Below, in pieces: positions 1-11,626 of a stretch of DNA of 64,000 nt. The stretch spans positions 544,001-608,000 of the forward strand of contig JAXHLW010000013.1 of NCBI GenBank assembly GCA_034521815.1, given 5' to 3'. Position 1 is the stretch's first letter, and each line of letters opens with the position of its first letter. Below the pieces are notes generated by a model. That model did no database searches. It was not told the origin of the DNA and saw nothing but the letters and a program-made list of their open reading frames with translations. The translations under genes were made by a program, and so were the position numbers. The stretch is from Trueperaceae bacterium (GTDB lineage: Bacteria > Deinococcota > Deinococci > Deinococcales > Trueperaceae).

Positions 1-1120
1 GACGAAGCGCCGACACGTCGTGCATGAACGCCGTCCAGGCGGCGAGCTCCCGTTCGGGCGGAACGTCGCTCGCCATGCGGGCTTCGCCCGGCGCGTCCGC
101 CAAGATCCAGCGGCGGCGCCCCGCGCGGTTCTTCTTGTCCAAGCCGAGGTACGGCTCCAGCTCGGACCACGCCAGCTCGGGGGGCGGGGCCGGCCGGACG
201 GTCTCGATCAGCCGCCGGACCCGGTCGGTCCAGTCGGTCCCCGTCCTGCCGCGGGCGTCCGCGTCCAAGCGGGACAGATGCGCCGCGTAGAGCAGGCCCC
301 AAGCCACCGCTTCGCCGTGCGCCAGGGCGTGCTCCGTGACCGCCTCGAGCGCGTGGGCCACGGTGTGTCCCAGGTTGAGGGTGGCCCTGGCCTCGCCCTC
401 CTCGCGCTCGTCGCGACCGACGACGTCCGCCTTCACCCGCGCGGATGCGGCGATCCACCGCGTCATCTCGGCCGGTTCGGCGTCCTGGGCCAGGCGCCCG
501 TCCAGCACGGCGTCGGCCAGCTCCGGGTCGGCCAACAGGCCGTGCTTGAACACCTCGACCGAGCCGTGACGGAACACCTCGGCAGGAAGCGTTCGCAGCG
601 TCGACACGTCCATCAACACGGAGCGCGGCTGCCAGAAAGCGCCCACCAGGTTCTTGCCTTCGGGGAGGTTCACGCCCGTCTTGCCGCCGATCGCGGCGTC
701 GGCCATCGCCAGCAAGCTGGTCGGCGCCTGCACCACCGCGATCCCTCGCGCGTACGACGCGGCCACGAACCCCGCCAGATCGCCGACGACGCCGCCCCCG
801 AGCGCCAGCACGGCGTCGTCCCGCCCGAACCCGGCGCCGGCGAGGGCGCGGAGCAGATCGCCCCACACGGCGACCGACTTGCTGCGCTCGCCGGCGGGGA
901 CGACGAGCCGCATCACGCTCCGACCGTCGTCCTCCAGCCTCTCGGCGACGGCGGCCGCGTACAGCGGCGCGACGTGCGCATCGCTCACCAGCGCGACACG
1001 GCCGCCGGGAAGGTGCTCGCCGGCTTCGGCCAGCACGCCGGGACCGATGCGGACCTCGTAGGGCGGAGCGACGCGGACCTCCACCGTGGTCGTCGCCGAT
1101 GTCGTCGCCGCTGTCGTCAC
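1..1120 (-). CDS. aroB: 3-dehydroquinate synthase (3' end runs off the window)
   Basis: Manual translation from GTG 1120 (AGGAG upstream) gives GGGVVGDLAGF, PTSLLAMADAAIGGKTGVN, KNLVGAFWQP, LNLGHTVAHALE, HGEAV; no stop before position 1. Confidence 0.95.
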   Translation of the reverse strand, partial: MTTAATTSATTTVEVRVAPPYEVRIGPGVLAEAGEHLPGGRVALVSDAHVAPLYAAAVAERLEDDGRSVMRLVVPAGERSKSVAVWGDLLRALAGAGFGRDDAVLALGGGVVGDLAGFVAASYARGIAVVQAPTSLLAMADAAIGGKTGVNLPEGKNLVGAFWQPRSVLMDVSTLRTLPAEVFRHGSVEVFKHGLLADPELADAVLDGRLAQDAEPAEMTRWIAASARVKADVVGRDEREEGEARATLNLGHTVAHALEAVTEHALAHGEAVAWGLLYAAHLSRLDADARGRTGTDWTDRVRRLIETVRPAPPPELAWSELEPYLGLDKKNRAGRRRWILADAPGEARMASDVPPERELAAWTAFMHDVSALR

Positions 1121-1761
1121 GGGATCTCCTCGCGCCGGGACGTTTCGGGGGCGGGCGGGGTGGGTCCGTCCGATCCACGTAGGCGGGCCAGGCCAGGGTG
1201 AAGCTGCGCCCAGCGTCCGAGCTCCGCCACGATGTCCTCGACCACGTCGGTCGAGACCCGATCGTCGCCCGAGACCTTGATCGATGCGACGTCGTCGTAG
1301 GCGGAGGCCCGCTCGCTCAACAGCTGGCGGATCCGTTCGGTGGGGTCGCCGATCTCGAGCAGCGGGCGCTTGTGACGCCGCGTGCGCTTGTAGATCGTTT
1401 CCGGGGTCGCTTCGAGCACGACGACGGGGCCCCGGCTTCTAAGCAGACGCCGGTTCGCCTCGCGGAGGACCGTCCCCCCGCCCGTGCTCACGACGACCTC
1501 GTCCAGCCGCAGGCAGCGCCTGACGACCTCGGTCTCGTAGTCACGGAACACCGACTCGCCGTACAGCTCCATGATTTCGGGAATCCTCAGGCAGGTCACC
1601 CGCTCGATCACGCGGTCGGTGTCGATGAACGTGAGGCTCAGTCGCCGCGACAGCTCCCAGCCGATCCGGCTCTTGCCGGTGCCCATGAACCCCGCCAGGG
1701 CGACCCAGGTGACGGGCCGGTCGCCGGGAAGGTGTCGCCTGCGGACCCGACGGCGGTTCAT
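1117..1761 (-). CDS. aroK: shikimate kinase
   Basis: GFMGTGKS P-loop, DTD, FRDYE, STGGG, KRPLL; ATG 1761 within ORF 1117..2229; between aroC and aroB. Confidence 0.95.
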   Translation of the reverse strand: MNRRRVRRRHLPGDRPVTWVALAGFMGTGKSRIGWELSRRLSLTFIDTDRVIERVTCLRIPEIMELYGESVFRDYETEVVRRCLRLDEVVVSTGGGTVLREANRRLLRSRGPVVVLEATPETIYKRTRRHKRPLLEIGDPTERIRQLLSERASAYDDVASIKVSGDDRVSTDVVEDIVAELGRWAQLHPGLARLRGSDGPTPPAPETSRREEIP

Positions 1762-1766
1762 CGCGC

Positions 1767-2921
1767 TCAGTAATCCGCCACGTACGCCCGGTGCGCGACG
1801 GTACGCTCGCGGATCTCGCGCACCGTGTCGGCGCCGAACTTCTCGAGCAGCGCGTCCGCCACGACCAACGAGGTCATCGCCAGCAGCACGATCGAGGCGG
1901 CCGGCACCGCGGTCGTGTCGCTCCGCTCGCGTGCGGCGTCGGCGGGCTGGCCGGTGGCGACGTCGATGGTCGGAAGCGGCTTCATCAGGGTCGCGATCGG
2001 CTTCATCGCGGCGCGCACGACGAGCTCCTCGCCCGTGGTGATCCCGCCCTCCAGGCCCCCTGCGCGGTTGGTCCGGCGGTAGATGCCGTCGTCGTTCGCG
2101 TACACCGCGTCGTGCACCGAGCTGCCGGCGACGGTGGCGGCGTGCCAGCCGTCGCCGATCTCGACGCCCTTCATCGCCTGGATGCTCATCGCCGCCTGCG
2201 CCAGGCGACCGTCGAGCTTCCGGTCCCACTGAACGTGGCTACCCAGGCCCACGGGAACGCCGCGGAAGCGGGCCTCGATGATGCCGCCCAACGTGTCGCC
2301 GTCGCGCTTGGCGGCGTCGATCCTGTCGATGATCCGCTCTTCGGCGTCGGAATCGAAGGTCCGCAGCGGGCTCTCGTCCAGCGCGTCCAGCGCGTCCCAG
2401 TCCATGCCGCCGTCGCATGGAATCCCGCCTAGCGACACCACGCGGGCCGAGCCTTGAACGCCGGCCACCTCGAGCAGACGCAGCGCGACGGAGCCGGCGG
2501 CGACGCGGGCGGCCGTTTCGCGCGCGCTGGCGCGCTCCAGCACGTCGCGCAGGTCCTTGTGTCCGTACTTGATCCCGCCGGCCAGGTCGGCGTGTCCCGG
2601 CCTTGCCTCGGTGAGGGCCCGCTTGCGAGGCTCGCCCCCAGGCTCGGGGCTCATGATCTCGGTCCAGTTGCGCCAGTCGCGATTCTCGATCTGAAGCGAG
2701 AGGGGGGCTCCGGTGGTGCGACCGGCGCGGACGCCCGCCAGGATTCGCGCGGTGTCCTGCTCGATCACCTGGCGGCGGCCACGGCCGTACCCGCCCTGCC
2801 GGCGACGGAGCCACGGATCGACGTCGCGCTCGGCGACGAGCTCCAGGCCGGCCGGGACACCGTCGAGCAGGACGGTGAGCGCAGGACCGTGCGATTCACC
2901 AGCGGAAAGGAAGCGCAGCAT
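1767..2921 (-). CDS. aroC: chorismate synthase
   Basis: AGESHG, RPGHAD, ERASARETAARVAAG, NRAGGLEGGIT, MKPIATL, RSD motifs. Confidence 0.98.
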   Translation of the reverse strand: MLRFLSAGESHGPALTVLLDGVPAGLELVAERDVDPWLRRRQGGYGRGRRQVIEQDTARILAGVRAGRTTGAPLSLQIENRDWRNWTEIMSPEPGGEPRKRALTEARPGHADLAGGIKYGHKDLRDVLERASARETAARVAAGSVALRLLEVAGVQGSARVVSLGGIPCDGGMDWDALDALDESPLRTFDSDAEERIIDRIDAAKRDGDTLGGIIEARFRGVPVGLGSHVQWDRKLDGRLAQAAMSIQAMKGVEIGDGWHAATVAGSSVHDAVYANDDGIYRRTNRAGGLEGGITTGEELVVRAAMKPIATLMKPLPTIDVATGQPADAARERSDTTAVPAASIVLLAMTSLVVADALLEKFGADTVREIRERTVAHRAYVADY

Positions 2922-3070
2922 GCCGGGAGCGTACCACGCTCCCCGCTTCGCGCCGGCCGTGCAGGTGGCGCGAACGCCGTCCAGGCCGAGACAGCGACGG
3001 CCGCCCGGCGGTGGCCGGGCGGACGCTGGATCGGGCGGATCTGTCGCGCGCTCTGCGCGCAGGCGGACGC

Positions 3071-4570
3071 TCAGTCGATCACGTCGGCGTTCACGACGAG
3101 GAGCAGCTCGGTGTTGTCGTCCTCGACCTCGGTGCTGCCGAACAGCGCTCCGATGATCGGGATATCGCCCAGGATCGGAACGCGACGCTGGGTCTGCGAG
3201 AAGCTGTTCTGCAGAAGCCCGGCGAGCAGGACGGTCTGGCCCTGCCTGAGCGTGACGGTGGAGGAGACCTCGCGGGTCGAGAAGTCGATCCGCTCCGGGA
3301 TCCCGCCCTCGCTGAGCGGAACGAGCACGTCGGACACCTCGGCCGACACGTCGAGAACGACGGTGCCGTCGCTCGAGACGCGGGGCGTGACTTCGATGAT
3401 CACGCCGAACTCGATCGTACGGGTCGCGATCTCGCCGTCGCCGCTCGGGTAGGTGATCTCGATCCGGCCACCGGACTGCATCCGGCCGGTCGCGTTGTTC
3501 AGCACCGTCAGCGTGGTGTCGTCCACGCGGGTCGACAATCCTTGGCTCTCGAGCGCGTCCAGAACGGCCGAGATGTTCAGCTGACTGACCGCCTGCTGCG
3601 CGTCGAAGATGAACTGCAGGCCGGTGCCCAGGACGCTCGCGGCGAAGTTGCCGCTGGCCGCGCCCAGGTTGATGCCGAAGCTGTCGACCGTGCGGCGGTT
3701 CACTTCCTGGATCCGGACCTGGACGTTGACCTGCTGCTGCGGAACGTCCAGCTCGGGGATCAGCTCGGCGATGCTGCGCTGCACCGGGAGCGAGGCGGTC
3801 ACGATGAGGCTGTTCGTGCGGACGTCGGCCACGACGGTGAAGCCGCGCTCGGACGCTCCTTCGCCGTCGGCCGAGGTGGCGCCCGAGACGACGACGTCGC
3901 TGCTCTGCAGCACCTCCGCCAGCTCTTCGGCGTCGGCGTTGCTGAGGGCGTACACGCGCTGCTCGAGCTCGACTTCCTCGGCGGCCGTGTCGAACTCGTT
4001 CAGGACCTCGCGGACCTGAGCATGCTGCTCTTCGGTGCCGAGCACCACGACGCTTCCGACACCGGGAAGCGCCTCGACTTCAATGCCGGCCACGGCGCGC
4101 GACAACAGGGTGACGATCTGGTCGGGCTCGGCGATCACGCGGTAGAAACGCTGCACCACATCGGCGCCGGGCTCCTGCTCGGCGACCTCGGGGGCCGCCG
4201 GGGCCTGCCGCGCCACGAGCGGCGCCAGGGACGCCTCGGTGCCGACGACGACCACGTCGTTCTCCTGCAGGATGAAGTCGAGGTCGTTGAGCGTGAGCAC
4301 CAGGTCCCACACCTGCCGGAACGGCTTCGGATCGCCGATGTCGTACTGGATCAGCGTGTCGGGAACACCGTCCACGATGGGCGTGAGGCCGACGGAGCGG
4401 GCCAGCGCCGACACCATGGTCGAGAGCTGCTCGCCGCCGTTGCTGGTCGAGAACTCGACCGGCTGGTCGAAGCGGGCGTCGTCCGGCAGGGTCCCCGTCT
4501 GAGCGACGGCGACCCCCGCCAGAAGGACGGCCGCGAGGAGCAGAAGGTTCGTGAGTCGTTTCATGATCAC
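3071..4570 (-). CDS. pilQ: type IV pilus secretin PilQ-like
   Basis: Signal peptide, N3-like repeats (ADVRTNSLIV), secretin C-terminus (VPILGDIPIIGALF); last gene of pilMNO cluster. Confidence 0.9.
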   Translation of the reverse strand: MIMKRLTNLLLLAAVLLAGVAVAQTGTLPDDARFDQPVEFSTSNGGEQLSTMVSALARSVGLTPIVDGVPDTLIQYDIGDPKPFRQVWDLVLTLNDLDFILQENDVVVVGTEASLAPLVARQAPAAPEVAEQEPGADVVQRFYRVIAEPDQIVTLLSRAVAGIEVEALPGVGSVVVLGTEEQHAQVREVLNEFDTAAEEVELEQRVYALSNADAEELAEVLQSSDVVVSGATSADGEGASERGFTVVADVRTNSLIVTASLPVQRSIAELIPELDVPQQQVNVQVRIQEVNRRTVDSFGINLGAASGNFAASVLGTGLQFIFDAQQAVSQLNISAVLDALESQGLSTRVDDTTLTVLNNATGRMQSGGRIEITYPSGDGEIATRTIEFGVIIEVTPRVSSDGTVVLDVSAEVSDVLVPLSEGGIPERIDFSTREVSSTVTLRQGQTVLLAGLLQNSFSQTQRRVPILGDIPIIGALFGSTEVEDDNTELLLVVNADVID

Positions 4571-5742
4571 CGCCTGAGATCCAGATTCAAGACGTGCGTC
4601 GTATCGCCCAACGTGAACTGGGCCGCTTGGCCGCGAAGGTCCGTCAGCACGATGTCGGTGTCGGGCAGGGGCTGCCCGAGCGCCAGGACGATCGGCGAGC
4701 TCGTGCCGTTGACGCGGAACACGCCGACGCCGACGGAGCCGACGACCGAGCCTGTGAACGACACGTTCCGGTCGCGCAGGTACTGCGACAGGGTGTCCGC
4801 GCCGCTGACCAGCGGACGGTCGGGAATCCCGGCGGAAGCCACCTCGCCCGGGGCGAGGGGCGCCGGCTGCGTCGCGCCGTCGGCCGACGCTTCGGCTCCG
4901 CCGATGGGGCGAAGCGTGGGAGCGTCGCCGGGCGTGGACGGCTCGCGGATCACGGCTCGCGCCGAGAGGTCGGGGGGAGCGATCTGGCGCGGCTCCGATC
5001 GGGAGGACGTCAGCACGTCCGGCGCCACCGGCAGCGTGCCACCGGGGAGTGCGCGCGGAAGCGAGGTGGTGCGGGGCGAAGCGGGTGCCAGGGCGGACGG
5101 TGCCGGAGCACGGGGCGCCTGCGGGGCGGCCTCCACGGTCTGGACCTCGGGGGCGCTCGGGACCTCGACGTCGACCACCTCGGGCGAGGCGGGCTCGGCC
5201 GGAGGCGCGGCGGCTTGCGCCGGCTCCTGCACGACGATGGGGGAGAACGGGTTCACGCTGGCGCGCGTTCCGAACCCGGGCCGAGCCGCGCCAGAGGCGG
5301 CGGCCTCCGCTTCGGCCTCGGTCGCGGCCGCGACCGCTGGCGGCTCCGTGATCAGGAAGGGGAGCTCCGCGACGACGACGTCGCGTCCGACGACGTCCAC
5401 GTCGGCCGGCGCGACGACGGTGGGCGGTCCTGCCTCGCTCCCTGGTGCCGCTTGCGCACCAGCGTCGTCGGTAGCGTCGGTCGCGTCGGCGGTCGCGCTC
5501 GGGGTCGGTGGCGTCGGCAGTGGCGTCGCGTCGCCGTCCACCGTGACACCGTCCGCGCCGTCACCGTCCGCGCCGTCGCCGATCACGGCATCACCGTCCG
5601 CCGGCGTCGCGGGCGCCTCGACCGTGGGCGCACCGATGGGCGGCGTGTCCGGGGTCTCGGCGAAGAAGTTGATCCACACGAACGCGGCGGCCGCCACGAG
5701 AAGCAGCGCGATCAGGATGCGTGCGGTACGAGAGAGCGTCAC
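4567..5742 (-). CDS. PilW-like pilus/competence membrane protein with long Pro/Ala/Asp-rich linker
   Basis: GTG 5742 overlaps pilO stop; N-terminal TM helix, low-complexity middle, small beta-rich C-terminus; occupies the pilO-pilQ slot held by pilW in Thermus. Confidence 0.65.
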   Translation of the reverse strand: MTLSRTARILIALLLVAAAAFVWINFFAETPDTPPIGAPTVEAPATPADGDAVIGDGADGDGADGVTVDGDATPLPTPPTPSATADATDATDDAGAQAAPGSEAGPPTVVAPADVDVVGRDVVVAELPFLITEPPAVAAATEAEAEAAASGAARPGFGTRASVNPFSPIVVQEPAQAAAPPAEPASPEVVDVEVPSAPEVQTVEAAPQAPRAPAPSALAPASPRTTSLPRALPGGTLPVAPDVLTSSRSEPRQIAPPDLSARAVIREPSTPGDAPTLRPIGGAEASADGATQPAPLAPGEVASAGIPDRPLVSGADTLSQYLRDRNVSFTGSVVGSVGVGVFRVNGTSSPIVLALGQPLPDTDIVLTDLRGQAAQFTLGDTTHVLNLDLRR

Positions 5743-6332
5743 GGTCGCACCTCCGACTCGCCTGGGTCGTCGCCCGTGAAGACGTACACGGTGAATCCGA
5801 AGTTGGCGTTCAGGGGCGGATCGTCGACCTGCTCGGAGACGGACAGCTGCACCTGGTTGATCTTGGTGAAGCGCTGGAGCGTCTCGAGCGTGGAGAGGAA
5901 CTCCATCGTCTCCACGAACGTACCGGACGTGGCCATCGAGAAGCCGATGGGGCGGACGTCCTGGATGTTCTCGCCGCCGCCGCCCTGACCGAGGCTGTTC
6001 ACGATCACGTCGGCGTCGGACGCGGAGAGGCGCAGCGAATCGAGCAGATCGGCGACGTCGCTCTCGGTGGGGAGCTCCGCGAGGAACTCGCGGCGGTCCT
6101 GCTCGAGCTCGGCGACGGCGAGCCTCAGAGCGGGCAGGTTGCGCCTGGCCGCTTCGCCCCGCTCGATCTGCGTGTCGAGGCGGGCGATCTCGTCCTCGAG
6201 CTGCGTGATCGTCTCCTGCGTGGGTCGGTACATGAACCAGTACCACAGCCCCGCGGCGACGACCGAGAGCACGATGAAGATGATCGCCCAGTCGCGCTGC
6301 CGAAGACGGGAGAGGGAGAATCGCGACGTCAT
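5739..6332 (-). CDS. pilO: type IV pilus assembly protein PilO
   Basis: N-terminal TM, coiled coil, LP..SDVADLL, FLSTLETLQRF; operon position. Confidence 0.88.
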   Translation of the reverse strand: MTSRFSLSRLRQRDWAIIFIVLSVVAAGLWYWFMYRPTQETITQLEDEIARLDTQIERGEAARRNLPALRLAVAELEQDRREFLAELPTESDVADLLDSLRLSASDADVIVNSLGQGGGGENIQDVRPIGFSMATSGTFVETMEFLSTLETLQRFTKINQVQLSVSEQVDDPPLNANFGFTVYVFTGDDPGESEVRP

Positions 6333-6961
6333 GGCGACGCCTCGCTTCCGTCACCGATGGCGCCGACGGTGAGGCTGTAGCCGTAGAGGGCGTCGAGCCC
6401 CTCCTCGCCGTCCTGACGGCTGGCGTTCTGGAACAGCACGCCGAAGTCGGAGGACGTCTCGAGGTTCCGTACGAACGAGGCGAGCACCTCGAGATCTTCC
6501 ACGTTCCCTCCGATCGACAGCTCGGCCACGATGGGGGCGCCCTCGTAGCGGGCCGGGTCGGACTGGGGCGGGACCACGGAGCGCATGCTCAGGTTCCGGA
6601 AGTCGATCGTCGGGCGCGGACCGCCGCCCTGCCCCGGAAGGGTCTCGAGCAGCGAGACGATCTCGCCGGTCCAGACGATGCGGTTCTCACGGACGGCGTC
6701 GGCGACGGCGATCAGCTCGTTCAGCTGCCGCTGGCGTGCCTGCAGCGCTTCCTGCTCGTCGAGGAACGGGCGCAGCAGGGCCAGCTGTTCCTGGCGGGCC
6801 TGCACGTCACGTTCCAGGTTCTGCGTCGTCTGCCAGGCCAGGTACTGGACCACGAACACGACGCCGAACACGAGCAGGGGAACCATCACGGCCAGCAGGC
6901 GCCAGTACCCCGGCTCGCGCACGCGCTGAAGATTCTTCGGAAGTAGGTTGACGTTAATCAA
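6329..6961 (-). CDS. pilN: type IV pilus assembly protein PilN
   Basis: INVNLLP N-terminal motif, TM helix, coiled coil; follows pilM. Confidence 0.88.
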   Translation of the reverse strand: MINVNLLPKNLQRVREPGYWRLLAVMVPLLVFGVVFVVQYLAWQTTQNLERDVQARQEQLALLRPFLDEQEALQARQRQLNELIAVADAVRENRIVWTGEIVSLLETLPGQGGGPRPTIDFRNLSMRSVVPPQSDPARYEGAPIVAELSIGGNVEDLEVLASFVRNLETSSDFGVLFQNASRQDGEEGLDALYGYSLTVGAIGDGSEASP

Positions 6962-8141
6962 GGCCGCGCACCCCCCGAAGGGCCAGGCCCAGCGCGACCG
7001 ACAGCTCGGGGCCGACCTTGTCCAGGTACTGCTCGTCGAAGTTGCGCTCGTCGACGGTGACGCTCAGCCACGGGTCGCCGACCTCGACGCGGAAGCCCAG
7101 GGCGTCGCCGATCGCTTCGGACAGGCCGCGGAGCTTGGAGCCGCCGCCGGTCGCGAGCATTCGGTTGATCGTGGCGTCGCCGGTCTGGACGCGGAAGAAC
7201 TCGAGGCTGCGCCGGATCTCGGTGGTGAGATCGACCAGGACGGGCCGGAGCGCCTCGTACACGCGGCTAGGGCTGAACTGTTCGCGTTTGGCGTCGAAGT
7301 TGAGCAGCTCCTCTTCGTCCTCGGTCGGGATGGTCGCGGTGCCGTACTCGAGCTTGACCTCCTCGGCACTGTCGAAGTCCAGGCCGAAGCTGCGCTGCAC
7401 GGCGGCGGTGAAGTCGTCGCCGGACACGCCGATGTTCCGGTTCATCAGCACGCGGTCGCCTCGGACCAGCGTGATGGTGGTGGAGGTGGCGGCGATCTCG
7501 AGCACGACGCCGACCTCGTTGCCTTCGGTATAGCCGGCGCGGGTCAGCGTGACCTTGTTCAGGTGCTCTCCGAGCAACGCTCCCTTGAGGGAGCGGAGCA
7601 ACGCGAACGGCTTGACGTCGATCACGACCGGCTCGAGTCCGGCGAGCTTCAGGTACTCGACCTGCTGCGTGACGAGGTCCAAGCGCGCGGCGGCGATGAC
7701 CACCTCGAGCTGGCCGCCCTCTTCGATGTCGTCGGGGTTGTCCAGGACGTAGTAGTCCAGCACGACCTCGTCGATGGCGAACGGGATGTAGCGCTCTGCT
7801 TCCCACTTGATCGCCTCGTCGAGCTCTTGCAGCGACATCTTGGGGACGTGAATGTTACGGGTGATCGCCTGGCGGTTGCCGACGGCGGTCACCACGTAGC
7901 GCGTCGAGATGCCGGCCTCGTTGAACAAGGCCTTGATCTCGTCGGCCAGGCCTTGCGGGTCGACGACCTGATCCTCCTGGACGAGGCCAGGGGGCATGGG
8001 ACGCACCGCGAGGGTGGACAGGCTGGGCGGGCTGCCAGCGCGAAGCTCGACGACCTTGAGGTTGGCGGTACCTACCTCGAGGCCGACCGCTTCGATCTTC
8101 GGGCTGAGCAAGCGCGAGAATCGGTCGCGCAACGAGGCCAT
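6954..8141 (-). CDS. pilM: type IV pilus assembly protein PilM
   Basis: Actin-like GLEVG, EAERYIPF, TGGGSKL, VALGLALRG; GGAGGAG SD before ATG 8141. Confidence 0.95.
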   Translation of the reverse strand: MASLRDRFSRLLSPKIEAVGLEVGTANLKVVELRAGSPPSLSTLAVRPMPPGLVQEDQVVDPQGLADEIKALFNEAGISTRYVVTAVGNRQAITRNIHVPKMSLQELDEAIKWEAERYIPFAIDEVVLDYYVLDNPDDIEEGGQLEVVIAAARLDLVTQQVEYLKLAGLEPVVIDVKPFALLRSLKGALLGEHLNKVTLTRAGYTEGNEVGVVLEIAATSTTITLVRGDRVLMNRNIGVSGDDFTAAVQRSFGLDFDSAEEVKLEYGTATIPTEDEEELLNFDAKREQFSPSRVYEALRPVLVDLTTEIRRSLEFFRVQTGDATINRMLATGGGSKLRGLSEAIGDALGFRVEVGDPWLSVTVDERNFDEQYLDKVGPELSVALGLALRGVRGLD

Positions 8142-8237
8142 GATGACTCCTCCCACAGATTCTCTAGGGAGGCTAGCATGGTGCGATCGAGGCGATTGGT
8201 GAAAAACCCCCGCCCCACGCGCGTTCGCCGCGTCGGC

Positions 8238-10142
<1,905 letters not shown>

Positions 10143-10196
10143 GATCCGAGTGTATCCCCGCCGGGACCGACCGGACGGTGTGCCCGCGCCCGAGCC

Positions 10197-11543
10197 CTAC
10201 GGCGCGCCGCGCGCCAGGTCGTTGAAGCGCACGTGAGCGCCGTGGAACTGCAGGTCGACCGCGCCGACCGGCCCGTTGCGCTGCTTGCCGATCAGGATCT
10301 CCGCGATGCCCTGCTTCTCGGAGTGGGGATCGTAGTACTCGTCGCGGTAGATGAACATCACCAGGTCGGCGTCCTGCTCGATCGCTCCCGACTCGCGCAG
10401 GTCGGACAGCATCGGCCGCTTGTTCGGCCGACTCTCGACCGCGCGCGACAGCTGCGAGAGCACCAGGACGGGCACGTCCAGCTCGCGAGCCAGCGCCTTC
10501 AGGCCGCGCGAGATGCTGCTGATCTCCTGCTGGCGGTTCTCGGAGCCGAAGCGGCCGGCGGTGTGACCCGACATCAGCTGCAGGTAGTCGACCACGATCA
10601 GCCCCAGGTCGTGCTCCGCCATCAGCCTTCGCGACCGGCTGCGCAGCTCCATCACCGTCATGTCGGCGTGATCGTCGATGAAGATCTTGGCCTCGCTCAT
10701 CCGTCCCGCGGTGTCGGCCAGGCGCTGGAAGTCGCGATCGGTGAGCTGACCGTTGCGGACACGGCTCATGTCGACCCGCGCCTCGCTGCAGATCATGCGC
10801 GTGACGAGCTGAACCCCCGACATCTCCAGACTGAACAGCCCGACCGTCTTCTTCTCGCGGAGCGCCACGTTCAGGGCGATCGACAACGCCAGCGCCGTCT
10901 TGCCCATGCTGGGCCGCGCAGCCAGGACGTTCAGGCTGGAGGGCTGCAGCCCGGCGGTCAGCTGGTCGAGCTCCTTGAATCCCGTTCGGATGCCCGAGAC
11001 CGGATTGGGGTTCGCGAACAGCTCGTTGATGTGAGCGAACGTCTCGGTGACCAGCTCGCTCATCGAGCCGAACCCGTCGGACCGCTTGCTGCTGGCCAGC
11101 TCGAAGATGGCCTTCTCGGAGGCGTCCAGCACCTCCTCGAGCGGCATCGACTGGTCGTACGCGGTCTGCATGATCTGTCCGCTAGCGGAGATCAGGTCCC
11201 TGAGCACCGCCTTCTCGGTGACGATGCGGGCGTAGCTCTCGGCGTACGCGGCGGTGGGCACGCCGTCGGCCAGGCCGATCAGGTACGGGACGTTGCCGAC
11301 CTCGTCGAGCTCGCTGCTCTGGCGCAGCTCCTCGGTGAGGGTGACGAGGTCGATCGGGTCTCCGCGATGGAACAGGCGCTCCATGCCCCGGAACACCTTG
11401 CGGTGTCCCTCCTTGTAGAAGTGCTCCGCGCGGAGCGTGCCCTCGAGGGTGGCGTACACCTCGTTGTCGAGAAGGATGCTGCCGAGCACGCTCTGCTCGG
11501 CGTCGAGGTTCTGCGGGGGGGTCCGGCTCTCCACGGCGGTCAT
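10197..11543 (-). CDS. dnaB: replicative DNA helicase
   Basis: AARPSMGKT, FSLEMS, VDYLQLM, SQLSRAVESR, DLRESGAIEQDAD, KQRNGP; no intein. Confidence 0.98.
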   Translation of the reverse strand: MTAVESRTPPQNLDAEQSVLGSILLDNEVYATLEGTLRAEHFYKEGHRKVFRGMERLFHRGDPIDLVTLTEELRQSSELDEVGNVPYLIGLADGVPTAAYAESYARIVTEKAVLRDLISASGQIMQTAYDQSMPLEEVLDASEKAIFELASSKRSDGFGSMSELVTETFAHINELFANPNPVSGIRTGFKELDQLTAGLQPSSLNVLAARPSMGKTALALSIALNVALREKKTVGLFSLEMSGVQLVTRMICSEARVDMSRVRNGQLTDRDFQRLADTAGRMSEAKIFIDDHADMTVMELRSRSRRLMAEHDLGLIVVDYLQLMSGHTAGRFGSENRQQEISSISRGLKALARELDVPVLVLSQLSRAVESRPNKRPMLSDLRESGAIEQDADLVMFIYRDEYYDPHSEKQGIAEILIGKQRNGPVGAVDLQFHGAHVRFNDLARGAP

Positions 11544-11626
11544 CGTACCTGCGCGGCGGTCGGGCGGGTCGGCGGCTGCGCGTCACGTACCCGGGCGCGC
11601 CGGGCCCGGCCGGTACACTGTCGACG

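Noticed and set aside
10197-11543. Intein in dnaB
   Set aside because: Normal 448-aa length with contiguous motifs
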